From Candidatus Latescibacterota bacterium (GTDB lineage Bacteria > Latescibacterota > UBA2968), in assembly GCA_965222605.1 (NCBI GenBank), contig OZ244960.1, positions 2,944,001 through 3,008,000 of the forward strand: a stretch of 64,000 nucleotides of DNA. The letters are read 5' to 3'. The notes under the pieces are model-generated. The model searched no databases. It saw only the letters and a list, made by a program, of their open reading frames with translations, and was not told the DNA's origin. Positions 28,564 through 39,173 of the stretch are shown here, piece by piece (the stretch's first letter is position 1; each line of letters begins with the position of its first letter). A program made the translations under genes and the position numbers.

Positions 28564-30081
28564 ATGAAGCACTACGCGCACATCATTATTCTCGCATGCC
28601 TCTTGCCGTGTACCTGCACGGCCTACGAGCTTATCGGCACAGCGACATTATCTGAAACACTCGTCGCACAGCACTACACCATCAACCCGAAGCTCGACGC
28701 CGTCATCGTCGTCGATCGCACCATCCCGACCTTTGAATACCAGACCTTCTACTGCGCGGGTTCCGCAGATGAAGCCGAAGGCAAACAAGGATGGCTCCAC
28801 TTTTTAGAGCATATTATGATTGGTACGGGAAGCTATGAACCGGGCAAACTCAACCAGATTATCGCCGACAATGGCGGACAAAGACACGCCGCGACGTATT
28901 ATCACTTCACGCGCTTTACACTCAGATTTCCAAAAGACAAATTTGACCTCGCCGTTGAGATAGACCGCAACATATATTACGATACAGTAATCGATGAAGA
29001 AGTCGTGGAAAAAGAAAAAAAGAGCGTACTGACAGAAAGAAGTCAAAGACTGACACAATCAACACGCCAATCTGCGAATTATTTTTATGGTTTGATCTAT
29101 GGAAAGAAAAATTTTAATAGCCTTGGCTCGGAGACATTTATTCGACAACTCGAACCCGTTGGCTTGAAAGATTACTACGAAAATTTCCTGCGCGAGCAAA
29201 AAAGACTCATCGTTGTCATCGGCGATGTGGATATTGACCACGTCCTCACCAAACTCGATGAAGCTTATGGCAATGAACTGACACCGATCAAATTGTACGC
29301 GCGGCCATCCCCTGACCATGATGTGCTTGGAAAAAGATTAAAAAACTCATCGAACACTCTCAGCCTTACCATATTCAGAAAGGCCTGGTACACCCCCAAT
29401 TTAGGCCATCGCGACTATGCGGGTCTGCTCATTGTGGAACGTCTGCTGGAAAAGCCCTCAAATTCCCTGGGTGCTTCTCTGGTCGATTCTCGGCTCGCAA
29501 AATCTTTCAGCATATCAATAGGCAGCTATAAGGGATTCGGCTTGATGACTTGCTATGCAGAACTGCCCCATAATACATCCCGAAATACGATCCAGGACAT
29601 GATCCATGTGGCATTGGTGAATCTGAAAACCATTTCTGATGCAGAACTCAATGCCGCCCGAAACCAGCAGTTGACCACAATGTATTCCACATTTTACAAC
29701 CGATCGAGCATGGCGACTTCATTTGGCAGAGCATTTGCCCACGCCAACGATCCCTTGCTATATCCCAAATTGATACAAGACCTTAAATCCATCCGCGCAG
29801 AAGATATTCCGCGCATCATCGATCAATATCTAAAAGATGACAATTCAATCACCCACTCCCTCACAGAAATAGAAAAAAAAGAACCGCCTCCGCGAAAGCC
29901 CCGAACCCTTGGAGACTATGTACGTATAGTATTGGTATTGGTCGGTTTTCTAACGCTATTAGGCGGTCTTGTCGCGCTATTTGTATGGGGAATAAAAAAA
30001 TGGCGGAGAAAGGCCAAGACGACTTTCTCCACCTCTCAAAAGGTGATATTTAATGACAAGATTTTTAACCCCGATATTTAG
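28564..30081 (+). CDS. M16 (insulinase) metallopeptidase, active subunit, with C-terminal TM anchor
   Basis: Signal peptide, G..HFLEH (HxxEH), EK..V..ER, C-terminal hydrophobic helix followed by KKWRRK. Confidence 0.82.
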   Translation: MKHYAHIIILACLLPCTCTAYELIGTATLSETLVAQHYTINPKLDAVIVVDRTIPTFEYQTFYCAGSADEAEGKQGWLHFLEHIMIGTGSYEPGKLNQIIADNGGQRHAATYYHFTRFTLRFPKDKFDLAVEIDRNIYYDTVIDEEVVEKEKKSVLTERSQRLTQSTRQSANYFYGLIYGKKNFNSLGSETFIRQLEPVGLKDYYENFLREQKRLIVVIGDVDIDHVLTKLDEAYGNELTPIKLYARPSPDHDVLGKRLKNSSNTLSLTIFRKAWYTPNLGHRDYAGLLIVERLLEKPSNSLGASLVDSRLAKSFSISIGSYKGFGLMTCYAELPHNTSRNTIQDMIHVALVNLKTISDAELNAARNQQLTTMYSTFYNRSSMATSFGRAFAHANDPLLYPKLIQDLKSIRAEDIPRIIDQYLKDDNSITHSLTEIEKKEPPPRKPRTLGDYVRIVLVLVGFLTLLGGLVALFVWGIKKWRRKAKTTFSTSQKVIFNDKIFNPDI

Positions 30082-31390
30082 CTTTATTCTGTTTGGTACC
30101 CTATCTGCGTTTGCCGAAATTCCCAACCACCACATCTTTTATCGCATCGACAAACGCGCCCCCCTCACCAGAATTGAAATTGTCTTTCTCGGCGCGGGAA
30201 GTGGTGCGGAACACCCTTCGCAGATTGGCCTTGCAGAAACAGTCTTTGATTTGATTTGGGAGGCGGCCAAAAAACAGGGACACATGGATCAACTTGAAGC
30301 ATTGGGCACCCATCTGACTATCACGACCAACAACGCATACCAGACCATCTCCATTCATGGCTTATCCGAGAACAGTGGCAAAGCAATAGAAATAGTCCGC
30401 GACCTGATATATAATCTCGCGTTTTCCGAGTATGATCTGAAATACGTAAAAGCACAACTAAGTGCTGATTACAAAAATGAGATCAAAAGAGCAACCTACA
30501 GGCTAATGAAAAACCTGGCACTGTCACAAACTCTTGGCATCATGAAAATGCGCTCATTAAAAACACTGAATGATCTCTCATTAGATGACGTCAGACAATA
30601 CGCGGATCGGCTCCTGAAAACAGACGTGATATTCTTCAAGGTCATCTCAGACCGCGATTCCACTGAAATTGCGAACGCACTTCGTCCTCTAACAAAAGAA
30701 AGGAAGATGCGCGGGCAGGCGGGTGGATTTGTACATTCATTGAATATTCCATCAACAAAGGATAAAGTTGGTCCTACTGCTTTTATTTTTGAAGGTTATT
30801 CACACGTAAAAAATGTATTCTGCCATTGGATGATCCCCTGCGGCCGCACGGGTGAAGAAAATTATATTCCAAACATGATATCGGACACGCTTGGCCGATC
30901 TCCTGAGTCCAGGTTGCTCTATAAATATTTCAGAGAAGAATTGAAATTGATCTATACGACTTATTCCAGATATCTATCCGAACAAAATGCCCGATATCTC
31001 GAAATTTATGCCGATCCCCAGCTCGATAATAGCGAAGAATTGATCACAAAAATGGCCGACTTCATCCAAAACCTGCCCGACAACCCTCGCTTTTGGGAAA
31101 CACTCAAAGAACACCGCGAAACTGACGATATATCTTTTGTCCACGACGAAACACCGCAGCAAAGCCTCAACCACGAGGTAAGCAGAGCCATTTACAATCC
31201 ACCGAGCCGCAAAGGCGGCTTTGATGCTGTCACCGATGATGAAGTGCGTGCCTTTCTCGAAAAATTCTTTGTGTCTCAGAATATGATCATGATCTTCCTC
31301 GGCCCGAAGGATCACATTACCGAAATCCTGAATACTCATTGGCCCGAAGTCGATATTCGCGTTCGCAATGCCAAAGAATTGATTGAATGA
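30053..31390 (+). CDS. M16 peptidase-like partner subunit (no HxxEH)
   Basis: Signal peptide, GAGS..E....GLA, SRLL...REEL.LIY (R/Y pair); overlaps the preceding gene. Confidence 0.7.
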   Translation: MTRFLTPIFSFILFGTLSAFAEIPNHHIFYRIDKRAPLTRIEIVFLGAGSGAEHPSQIGLAETVFDLIWEAAKKQGHMDQLEALGTHLTITTNNAYQTISIHGLSENSGKAIEIVRDLIYNLAFSEYDLKYVKAQLSADYKNEIKRATYRLMKNLALSQTLGIMKMRSLKTLNDLSLDDVRQYADRLLKTDVIFFKVISDRDSTEIANALRPLTKERKMRGQAGGFVHSLNIPSTKDKVGPTAFIFEGYSHVKNVFCHWMIPCGRTGEENYIPNMISDTLGRSPESRLLYKYFREELKLIYTTYSRYLSEQNARYLEIYADPQLDNSEELITKMADFIQNLPDNPRFWETLKEHRETDDISFVHDETPQQSLNHEVSRAIYNPPSRKGGFDAVTDDEVRAFLEKFFVSQNMIMIFLGPKDHITEILNTHWPEVDIRVRNAKELIE

Positions 31391-31418
31391 AAGTTACTTC
31401 ACAGTGAACTGGTCTGGA

Positions 31419-32525
31419 CTACGACCAGTTGTACACCGTCCCTCCCGTCTCCAAAAACGCATGCAATGTGTCCAAATCCATCCCCTCAATCCCCAACTCG
31501 CGCACGCTGCGCCCTGTCGTCCACCCATCAAAACCCATCACCACAGACGCGATATCCACCAGCCCCCGCATCAAAGGCGCACCCACTCCGTATTGCGCGC
31601 CCACATCGTGCCAGGCTGAAAGACCGTATGGAATATCCTCCGTGAGCCATCGGCTCTCAAGCGACCCCGGCGCCTTGAGTTGCGTCAGCATCCGGCTGCC
31701 ATTAATCGTCGCCCACAAATCGCCCTTCGGACCAAAACCCGCCCGATAAAACGCCTCATCAGCCGCCACCAGATCGTACCCCAAAGCCTTTGCGATAGCT
31801 CTGCGCTCCGCATCCACAGCCATAATCGTCTTCGCCACAGACGGGGAAACTCCCTCCTCGTAAAAATAGAACTCCCCGTGTGAATACTCAATCCGCCCCG
31901 CATTCATCAACACACCCGCGGGATGCACAACCGGATTCATAGCAGACAAACCACACGCCATCACCGTTGGATACGCCTGAATACCCGGGAAAAAAGGCGA
32001 CAGACGATCGCGCACCCGCTCTGTATCCGTCGCCGGCAAAACCCCCAAACCCAACCCGGTCACAGTGCCCCAAATTGTCGCCGTATCCGGCGCAGTTTTC
32101 CGACACACATAAGGCGCGGTATCCACCTCCGCAAGCGTGACACCCCCCACACCCCGTTCGCGCAACAGGGTCGCCCATTCCAACGCGCCCAACGTACCCG
32201 GCATCAACACAACCGTATGCTCCGGTCTCAGATAGGGAGCACACGCCAGCGCAAAAGGCTTATGTGCATACGCCGGCACAATCACCAGAATCAGATCCGA
32301 GGCATTCAAAGCCACTTCCATATCCGTCGTCAAACTGTGAACCTGTGCCGCCCCCGTCTCCTCAACACCCAACAGATGAATCACGCCACTGTCGCGCACC
32401 GGATCGAGCATCTCCCCAAACTCCGGCAATTCGCAAAGCGTAACACCAAACCCCTTCAAAGTCAGATTTGCAGCCGCTGCAAACGCCGTATTACCCCCAC
32501 CCAAAATTGTAATATGTTCAGACAT
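31419..32525 (-). CDS. NAD/NADP octopine/nopaline (opine) dehydrogenase family protein
   Basis: ILGGGN, VPAYAH, N...HP, RWLTEDIPYGL. Confidence 0.9.
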   Translation of the reverse strand: MSEHITILGGGNTAFAAAANLTLKGFGVTLCELPEFGEMLDPVRDSGVIHLLGVEETGAAQVHSLTTDMEVALNASDLILVIVPAYAHKPFALACAPYLRPEHTVVLMPGTLGALEWATLLRERGVGGVTLAEVDTAPYVCRKTAPDTATIWGTVTGLGLGVLPATDTERVRDRLSPFFPGIQAYPTVMACGLSAMNPVVHPAGVLMNAGRIEYSHGEFYFYEEGVSPSVAKTIMAVDAERRAIAKALGYDLVAADEAFYRAGFGPKGDLWATINGSRMLTQLKAPGSLESRWLTEDIPYGLSAWHDVGAQYGVGAPLMRGLVDIASVVMGFDGWTTGRSVRELGIEGMDLDTLHAFLETGGTVYNWS

Positions 32526-32534
32526 GAAAGACCC

Positions 32535-33110
32535 CTACCAAGACAAATCAGCAATCCGAAGCTCAAACTCCGGCAATTGATCAGACGTATAAACATCGTC
32601 CTCTCCCAATTCCCGAGCCAAATAATCGTGCTCCCCACGCGAAAGAACCGTAACGACTTGTCGAAAAGGATCGACAATCACGTATTCTGCCACACCCAGA
32701 TCGAAATATTCTCCACGCTTCAAAATATAATCTCGTTCTTCGCTCCCCCTGCTCACAACCTCGAAAACAATGCGGGGAATCCTTTCGTACTGTTGATCGG
32801 ACTGCGGTTCATCTTCCGTGAGATAAACGCCGATATCCGCCATGCGATCCTGTCCTGTCCCCGTGCGAATCCACGCCTCTGTCGCTGCCATTTCAATCAT
32901 CTCCGGATGGGTCGCATCGTAAAGGGAGAGATCTTTCACAATAGCCCATACCAACCCCAAATGCGTCTTACCACTTGGCGACATAACCACAAGCCTCCCT
33001 TCCACGCGCTCATATCGATAGGGCGTATCGCACTCCGCTCCGGCAAACTCCTCGTCCGTCAGCAACCGCCCCTGATCTTTCAAGCCCAATTTCAATTTTG
33101 TCTCCAGCAT
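32535..33110 (-). CDS. Uma2 family endonuclease
   Basis: YERVEG.L..M.P...H, ADI, VFEVVS....RDY..K..EY...GV.EY.IVDP. Confidence 0.9.
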   Translation of the reverse strand: MLETKLKLGLKDQGRLLTDEEFAGAECDTPYRYERVEGRLVVMSPSGKTHLGLVWAIVKDLSLYDATHPEMIEMAATEAWIRTGTGQDRMADIGVYLTEDEPQSDQQYERIPRIVFEVVSRGSEERDYILKRGEYFDLGVAEYVIVDPFRQVVTVLSRGEHDYLARELGEDDVYTSDQLPEFELRIADLSW

Positions 33111-33124
33111 AGCCTGACCTCCGT

Positions 33125-34285
33125 TCACGACTCACTTTTCATCGCCCACTGCCGCTTCTTCTCTCTCATCTCCGCATTCAATTCCACCTCGCGCTGCGGC
33201 GTTTGATTCGCGCTATCCTGTAACCACTCACCTTCGCGCGACTTCTCTACCGGTTGTCGCTGTGCCACATCGAGAATCCCAAATTTGCGATGCGGCTCTT
33301 TTTGATACCAGTAAGCCACAGACGCCATCTCATTCGCCAGATGATTGCCGTGCCCGTGCTCAATCGTCACCTTAATCTCCTCTTCAAACCGCACGGGATT
33401 GGTCAAATGAAACACATAAGACGTCTGATATCCGCCCGTATTCCGCTCGTAAATCGACGACCCATTCATCAAAAACGCATTATCCTGCATCCCCCACGCC
33501 TGATTGAGATAATCTTCGCTACCTGTACCGTGCAACTCCGGCGGCCACTTGTACCCATCCACCCAGATCATATCATCGCCCTCGCCCCACCATGTCCCCT
33601 GAAAATTCGTCACCGACAAATTGCACCCAATATAGTGTCCGACCCCTGTCGCCTCCAGAATCACGTAATTTTCATCCCACGCCTGCCGCTCAACATTGAC
33701 AATATTCGCCTCTGGCGTATTGACGCGAATTTCGTGCCCCCAGCCATCGCACGGATTTTCTCTGTGAAATTGCGCGTGAAAATACGCCGTATCTTCGCCC
33801 CAGGGCGCGTCATATAACTCGTAATCCACATAAAAATATTGCCGATAAGACTCATCGCCCTCATTCGTCACTTCAACGCGTGCAGAGCGATTAAACGGCA
33901 TAAGCAAATAGCAATTCAGCGCGGCATTGGGCACAAACTGATTCTCGCGCTGTGCATTGGCAGACGCGGAAAAAGGCAGCGATTGAAAAGACTTTGAAAT
34001 CCCGTGTCCCAAACAAAAGAAATCTCCCAACGGCACCTCGACACTCGGATCGTCTTCACCATCCCAAAACATCTTCAGGACCACATTGCGAAAAGCACCC
34101 TCCCCGCTTTGCGTCATCCAGATATGCGTAATACAACCCGGCCCATTGAGATCGGCCAACACGCGCGTCTCGCCGCCCTCAATAACCCATGCATCGCCAT
34201 TGCGTCCACTAATATCCCATGACGACGCTCGCAGCGTCCTGGCCTTTTTGGTCTGCGTAAGTGAAGCGAGCATATTGGCGTCCAT
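33125..34285 (-). CDS. DUF2961 / glycoside hydrolase family 172 protein
   Basis: SSWD..G.N.D, GPG.I.HIW.T, PSVEVPLGDFF, WWGEGD, GTGSEDY, IEHGH.N. Confidence 0.9.
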   Translation of the reverse strand: MDANMLASLTQTKKARTLRASSWDISGRNGDAWVIEGGETRVLADLNGPGCITHIWMTQSGEGAFRNVVLKMFWDGEDDPSVEVPLGDFFCLGHGISKSFQSLPFSASANAQRENQFVPNAALNCYLLMPFNRSARVEVTNEGDESYRQYFYVDYELYDAPWGEDTAYFHAQFHRENPCDGWGHEIRVNTPEANIVNVERQAWDENYVILEATGVGHYIGCNLSVTNFQGTWWGEGDDMIWVDGYKWPPELHGTGSEDYLNQAWGMQDNAFLMNGSSIYERNTGGYQTSYVFHLTNPVRFEEEIKVTIEHGHGNHLANEMASVAYWYQKEPHRKFGILDVAQRQPVEKSREGEWLQDSANQTPQREVELNAEMREKKRQWAMKSES

Positions 34286-34308
34286 CTCTCCGATCCTTTC
34301 TTTTTAGC

Positions 34309-34383
34309 GGGCGACCACAGGGGGTCGCCCCTACAAAACCAGATTAACAATATCATCGTAGGGGACGGTCCCTGTGCCGTCCC
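34309..34383. repeat. Inverted pair of GTAG-type REPs
   Basis: GGGCGACCACAGGGGGTCGCCCCTAC (34309-34334) and GTAGGGGACGGTCCCTGTGCCGTCCC (34358-34383). Confidence 0.8.
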
Positions 34384-34609
34384 GTTCCCCGTGCCCACCC
34401 TATCCACCCCTCTCAACGTCAGAATATTCGGAATTTTATCTATCGCGTCAAAGGTTTTTTTCACGAAAAAAATAATACATCAAAAGATCGTAAAATTTTC
34501 CCTTGCACACATGCGAAACCCGTTTCCCTCAGCCCCGCTTTTTGCCCTAAATCTCGCATATACAGACAATTGGACGCACCCAAAACACAACACCAGTAAA
34601 ATTGCGATT

Positions 34610-34657
34610 TACATATATTTGGTATTGACTTTTTTTTTAGACCACCATATATTGTGC
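34610..34657 (+). promoter_or_regulatory. nrdAB promoter with tandem NrdR boxes
   Basis: CCACCATATATTGTGC (34642-34657) fits the NrdR consensus acaCwAtATaTwGtgt, with a weaker box 32 bp upstream (34610-34625). TTGACT-N17-TATATT overlaps them. Confidence 0.75.
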
Positions 34658-34959
34658 TTGCAGTTGTTAATGAACATTTCTACTCTCCCCTCTCTACAGA
34701 GCCAAAAATCATTACAACTGCGTAAGTTGTTATTTTTTTCGGGAAAACAAATCCATTGTTCGCAGTCTCTCCCCTCCTCTGCGATTGGGATTTCCAACCT
34801 TATGTTTTCCCGATTTGTTGTCTAAAAACAAATCCCCTGGCTCACCTTTTCGACCCTCCCCGTTGTGGCTTTTGTGCAGCGGTTACGGGTTTATTTTTTC
34901 TGCCAGAACGCGCGGGAGCAGGCTTCTATTGGTTCTTGGCTGGCATTTGGGAGGCATGC

Positions 34960-37848
34960 ATGGCCGAAATTGCTGACACTTTACTGGAAGCGGTTGATTT
35001 TGCGGTACGCAAACGCGATGGTCGGGTGGTCGATTTTGACCGCTCGCGCATTGAACGCGCGATTGAGGCAGCATTCAGAGCCGAGTTGGGGCTGTCCAAC
35101 GAACATTCATTGCCGCCCAAAATTGAAACCGATGTGTCGGGACTCACCGACGCTGTTATCGATGAAATTGAAGATGAACTGCACGAGCCGGATGACAGCG
35201 TGGATGTCGAACGCATTCAGGACAAAGTCGAAATCCAATTAATGCGTGCAGGCCATTTTGCGGTCGCGCGACGCTACATCGTCTATCGAGAAGATCACAA
35301 AAAAGCCCGCGTGCTCAGCGGCCAAGAAGAACCCCAGGACCCCAACGCACCCAAACTGCGCGTGCAAACAGCCGACGGCAAGCGCGAACCCCTGGATGCC
35401 AACCGCATTCGCACCGAGGTATTTGCCGTTTGCGATGAAGAAGTAGATCCCCAGGCTCTGCTCAATGAGATATATCGCTCCCTCTACGACGACATCAAAC
35501 CCGACGATATTGAACGCGCCATGGTCCTATCAGCGCGCAGTCGCGTAGAAAAAGAACCCGCCTATAGCAAAGTTGCAATGCGATTGCTGCTCAACGTGAT
35601 CTATCGCCACGCCCTGGGATTCAAGCCCGCGCTTGAAGACAGGGACAACGCCTGTCGGCAGGGATTTGCAAAATTTATTGAAACGGGCATTGAAAACGAC
35701 CGTTTAGATCCCAAACTGCGCGATTATGATCTGGAGCGTCTATCTGCGGCCTTAAAACCCGAACGCGATGAAGACTTTGAGTACCTGGGCGTGCAAACGA
35801 TCTTTGATCGCTACTTGCTCCACGTCAACGAGCGCCGCATTGAGACCCCGCAGTTCTTCTGGATGCGCGTGGCCATGGGCCTGTCCTGGGATGAATATGA
35901 CAAAGAGGCACGCGCCATTCAATTTTACGAAGTGCTCTCTTCCTTCCGATTTGTCTCTGCCACACCCACCCTGTTCAATGCCGGCACCCTGCATCCGCAG
36001 TTGTCCTCGTGTTATCTATCAACCGCGCAAGATGACCTGGAACACATTTTCAAAATGGTATCCGACAATGCCAAATTGTCCAAATGGGCGGGTGGTCTGG
36101 GCAATGACTGGACAAATGTGCGCGCGACAAATTCTTATATCCGCGGCACAAATGGCAAAAGCCAGGGCGTAATTCCATTTTTGAAAGTGGTGAACGATAC
36201 CGCAGTTGCCGTCAACCAGGGCGGAAAACGCAAAGGGGCGGTATGCTCCTATTTGGAAACGTGGCACCTGGACATCGAAGATTTTATGGAGTTGCGCAAA
36301 AACACGGGTGATGACCGCCGCCGCACGCACGATATGAACACGGCCAACTGGATCCCCGATCTGTTTATGAAGCGCGTCATGGAAAAGGGAACCTGGACCC
36401 TGTTCAGCCCGGATGAAGTCTCCGACTTGCACGATTTGTACGGCAAAGCATTTGAAGAAAAATACATCGCGTATGAACAAAAAGCCGAAGCCGGAGAATT
36501 GCAACAACATCGCCAGATCGATGCCGTGCAACTGTGGCGAAAAATGTTGTCCATGCTCTTTGAAACCGGGCACCCGTGGATCACATTTAAAGACCCGTCC
36601 AATATCCGCTCGCCCCAGGATCACACAGGCGTTGTCCACAGCTCGAATTTGTGTACTGAAATATTGTTGAACACGAGCCGCGAAGAAACCGCGGTGTGCA
36701 ACCTCGGCTCTGTGAATCTCGTGGCGCATATCACACCCACCGGCCTCAACCGCGAATTGCTGGAAGATACGATATCTACGGCACTTCGGATGCTGGACAA
36801 TGTAATCGACATCAATTTTTATCCCACAGACGAAGCCGCCACATCCAACAAACGCCACCGGCCAGTGGGCCTGGGCATCATGGGATTTCAGGACGCGCTC
36901 TATCTGTTGAATTTGCCATACGATTCGCAAGGCGCGGTTGACTTTGCCGACGTGAGCATGGAAATGATCTCGTATTACGCGATCCTGGCCTCAACGCGCC
37001 TGGCCGAAGAACGCGGCCCATATCACTCCTACATCGGTTCAAAATGGGACCGCGGCATTTTGCCCATCGACACCTTGATGATATTGGAACAGGAACGGGG
37101 GTCGTACTGTGAAGTGGATATGTCCGCGCGTCTCGACTGGAATGTCGTGCGCGAAGCAGTCGCCCAACACGGCATGCGAAACAGCAATGTGATGGCCATT
37201 GCCCCAACCGCCACCATTTCGAATATCTCGGGCGTGACGCAGTCCATCGAGCCGATGTATCGCAACCTGTATGTGAAAGCAAATCTGTCAGGTGATTTTA
37301 CAGTATTAAATCCCTACATGGTTGATGCCTTAAAAGCGCGCGATCTGTGGGATGACCAGATGGTAGATGATCTGAAGTATTTCGACGGATCAGTCCAGGA
37401 AATCGATCGCGTCCCACAAGACATCAAAGACCTCTACAAAACCGCATTTGAAGTGGCACCCGAGTGGCTCATCGAATGCGCCAGCCGCCGGCAAAAATGG
37501 ATCGATATGGGACAATCGCTGAATCTGTACATCGCAGCACCCAGCGGCAAGGCATTGGACGACATGTATAAACTCGCCTGGGTGCGCGGGCTGAAAACCA
37601 CGTACTACTTGCGCTCGCTCGCCGCGACGCAGATCGAAAAATCCACCATGGACATCAACAAACGCGGCGTCCAGCCCCGGTGGATGCAGTCCAAATCCGC
37701 TTCCAGCGATGTGCAAGTGCAACGCGAAGAAGCACCTGTGGACTCGCCTCCGTCCAATGGACAGGCACACCCCCAGGCCCCTGCCACCCCAGGCCCAACG
37801 GCTGCATCCTGCGATATTACAGACGGGACATGTGAGGCGTGTCAGTAG
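34960..37848 (+). CDS. nrdA: Class I ribonucleotide reductase alpha subunit with N-terminal ATP cones
   Basis: VRKRDGR...FD..RI ATP cone plus a second cone-like unit, [37 protein letters not shown]-terminal CEAC; ATG 34960 after GGAGG. Confidence 0.97.
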   Translation: MAEIADTLLEAVDFAVRKRDGRVVDFDRSRIERAIEAAFRAELGLSNEHSLPPKIETDVSGLTDAVIDEIEDELHEPDDSVDVERIQDKVEIQLMRAGHFAVARRYIVYREDHKKARVLSGQEEPQDPNAPKLRVQTADGKREPLDANRIRTEVFAVCDEEVDPQALLNEIYRSLYDDIKPDDIERAMVLSARSRVEKEPAYSKVAMRLLLNVIYRHALGFKPALEDRDNACRQGFAKFIETGIENDRLDPKLRDYDLERLSAALKPERDEDFEYLGVQTIFDRYLLHVNERRIETPQFFWMRVAMGLSWDEYDKEARAIQFYEVLSSFRFVSATPTLFNAGTLHPQLSSCYLSTAQDDLEHIFKMVSDNAKLSKWAGGLGNDWTNVRATNSYIRGTNGKSQGVIPFLKVVNDTAVAVNQGGKRKGAVCSYLETWHLDIEDFMELRKNTGDDRRRTHDMNTANWIPDLFMKRVMEKGTWTLFSPDEVSDLHDLYGKAFEEKYIAYEQKAEAGELQQHRQIDAVQLWRKMLSMLFETGHPWITFKDPSNIRSPQDHTGVVHSSNLCTEILLNTSREETAVCNLGSVNLVAHITPTGLNRELLEDTISTALRMLDNVIDINFYPTDEAATSNKRHRPVGLGIMGFQDALYLLNLPYDSQGAVDFADVSMEMISYYAILASTRLAEERGPYHSYIGSKWDRGILPIDTLMILEQERGSYCEVDMSARLDWNVVREAVAQHGMRNSNVMAIAPTATISNISGVTQSIEPMYRNLYVKANLSGDFTVLNPYMVDALKARDLWDDQMVDDLKYFDGSVQEIDRVPQDIKDLYKTAFEVAPEWLIECASRRQKWIDMGQSLNLYIAAPSGKALDDMYKLAWVRGLKTTYYLRSLAATQIEKSTMDINKRGVQPRWMQSKSASSDVQVQREEAPVDSPPSNGQAHPQAPATPGPTAASCDITDGTCEACQ

Positions 37849-37878
37849 AGCAGTCAGCTAACATAGAGGAGTTGTCGT

Positions 37879-39075
37879 ATGTCTAAGCTCGTATTTGAAG
37901 ACGAAGACGTTGAAAATCACGCAAATATGGAATACAACAAAGCCAACCACGGCACTTACGCACAGCCCAACGGTATTACCCATTCTTCTATGGAAGAATC
38001 GGAAAACACGACATCCGCGCTGTGTTGTGGCGCCACTGGAGAGGCGTATAACTTGAGCAAGCGCATCAACCCGGAAGACAAGCGAATGCTCAACTGCCGG
38101 CAGGTGGATGTAAACCAGTTGATGCCCCTCAAATACGAATGGGCATGGGAGCACTATCTCAATGGGTGTGCCAATCACTGGATGCCGACAGAAGTCCCGA
38201 TGCAACGCGATATTGAACTCTGGCGTTCAAATGCACTAAACGACGCCGAGCGAAAAGTCATCTTGCGAAACCTCGGATTCTTCAGCACGGGTGAAAGCCT
38301 CGTCGGCAACAACATCGTACTCGCAATCTTCAAACACATCACAAACTCCGAAGCGCGACAATACCTCTTGCGCCAGGCATTTGAAGAAGCCATACACACC
38401 CACACATTCCACTACATCGTCGAATCCCTGGGCCTGAACGCACGCGAAGTATTTAACATGTATCACGAAGTCGCCTCCATCGAAGGCAAAGACAAATTTG
38501 TAATGGAACTAACCGAAGATGTGTTAGATCCCAACTTCTCAACACAAAGCATTGAAGGCATTCAGAAATTCGTGAAAAACCTCATCGGCTTCTATGTCAT
38601 CATGGAAGGCATATTCTTTTACAGCGGCTTTGTCATGATCCTATCCTTCCATCGGCAAAACCGCATGACCGGCATTGGCGAACAATTCCAGTATATCTTG
38701 CGCGACGAGACCATTCATCTGAACTTTGGCATCGACTTAATCAACACCATCAAATTGGAAAACCCGAAAATATGGACACCGGAATTGCAACGCGACATCT
38801 ACGACCTCATTCACGAAGCCGTGGAATACGAAGTGATCTATGCGCGAGACTGCGTGCCCGACGGCGTCCTGGGCCTCAATGAAGAATTATTCCGAGAATA
38901 CGTACAATTTATTGCCGACCGCCGGCTAGAACGAATCGGCCTACAAAGCGTATATGGATCGAAAAATCCATTTCCGTGGATGGGCGAAACCATTGACATC
39001 GCAAAAGAAAAGAACTTCTTTGAAACGCGCGTGACAGATTATCAAAGTGCGGGAGCCTTGAAGTGGGATGATTAA
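37879..39075 (+). CDS. nrdB: Class I ribonucleotide reductase beta subunit with class Ic (Mn/Fe) signature
   Basis: [48 protein letters not shown]. Confidence 0.95.
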   Translation: MSKLVFEDEDVENHANMEYNKANHGTYAQPNGITHSSMEESENTTSALCCGATGEAYNLSKRINPEDKRMLNCRQVDVNQLMPLKYEWAWEHYLNGCANHWMPTEVPMQRDIELWRSNALNDAERKVILRNLGFFSTGESLVGNNIVLAIFKHITNSEARQYLLRQAFEEAIHTHTFHYIVESLGLNAREVFNMYHEVASIEGKDKFVMELTEDVLDPNFSTQSIEGIQKFVKNLIGFYVIMEGIFFYSGFVMILSFHRQNRMTGIGEQFQYILRDETIHLNFGIDLINTIKLENPKIWTPELQRDIYDLIHEAVEYEVIYARDCVPDGVLGLNEELFREYVQFIADRRLERIGLQSVYGSKNPFPWMGETIDIAKEKNFFETRVTDYQSAGALKWDD

Positions 39076-39135
39076 ACCTGAAACTTTGACCGGAATTTAT
39101 TCAGGCTGACGGGGGAAGGAAAATCAGAGCCTGGT

Positions 39136-39173
39136 ACAGGGTGGGAGACAAACGTCTTCCACCCTGTTTTTTT
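39136..39173. terminator. Intrinsic terminator after nrdB
   Basis: ACAGGGTGGGAGAC-AAAC-GTCTTCCACCCTGT followed by a T run. Confidence 0.8.

Noticed and set aside
34756-34959. ORF-track N-terminal extension of NrdA
   Set aside because: ATG 34960 has a GGAGG RBS and directly precedes the ATP cone; the upstream part is better read as leader
34660-34959. Cobalamin riboswitch upstream of class I nrdAB
   Set aside because: The B12-box and GCCACTG-type conserved motifs were not found; kept only as an unknown structured leader
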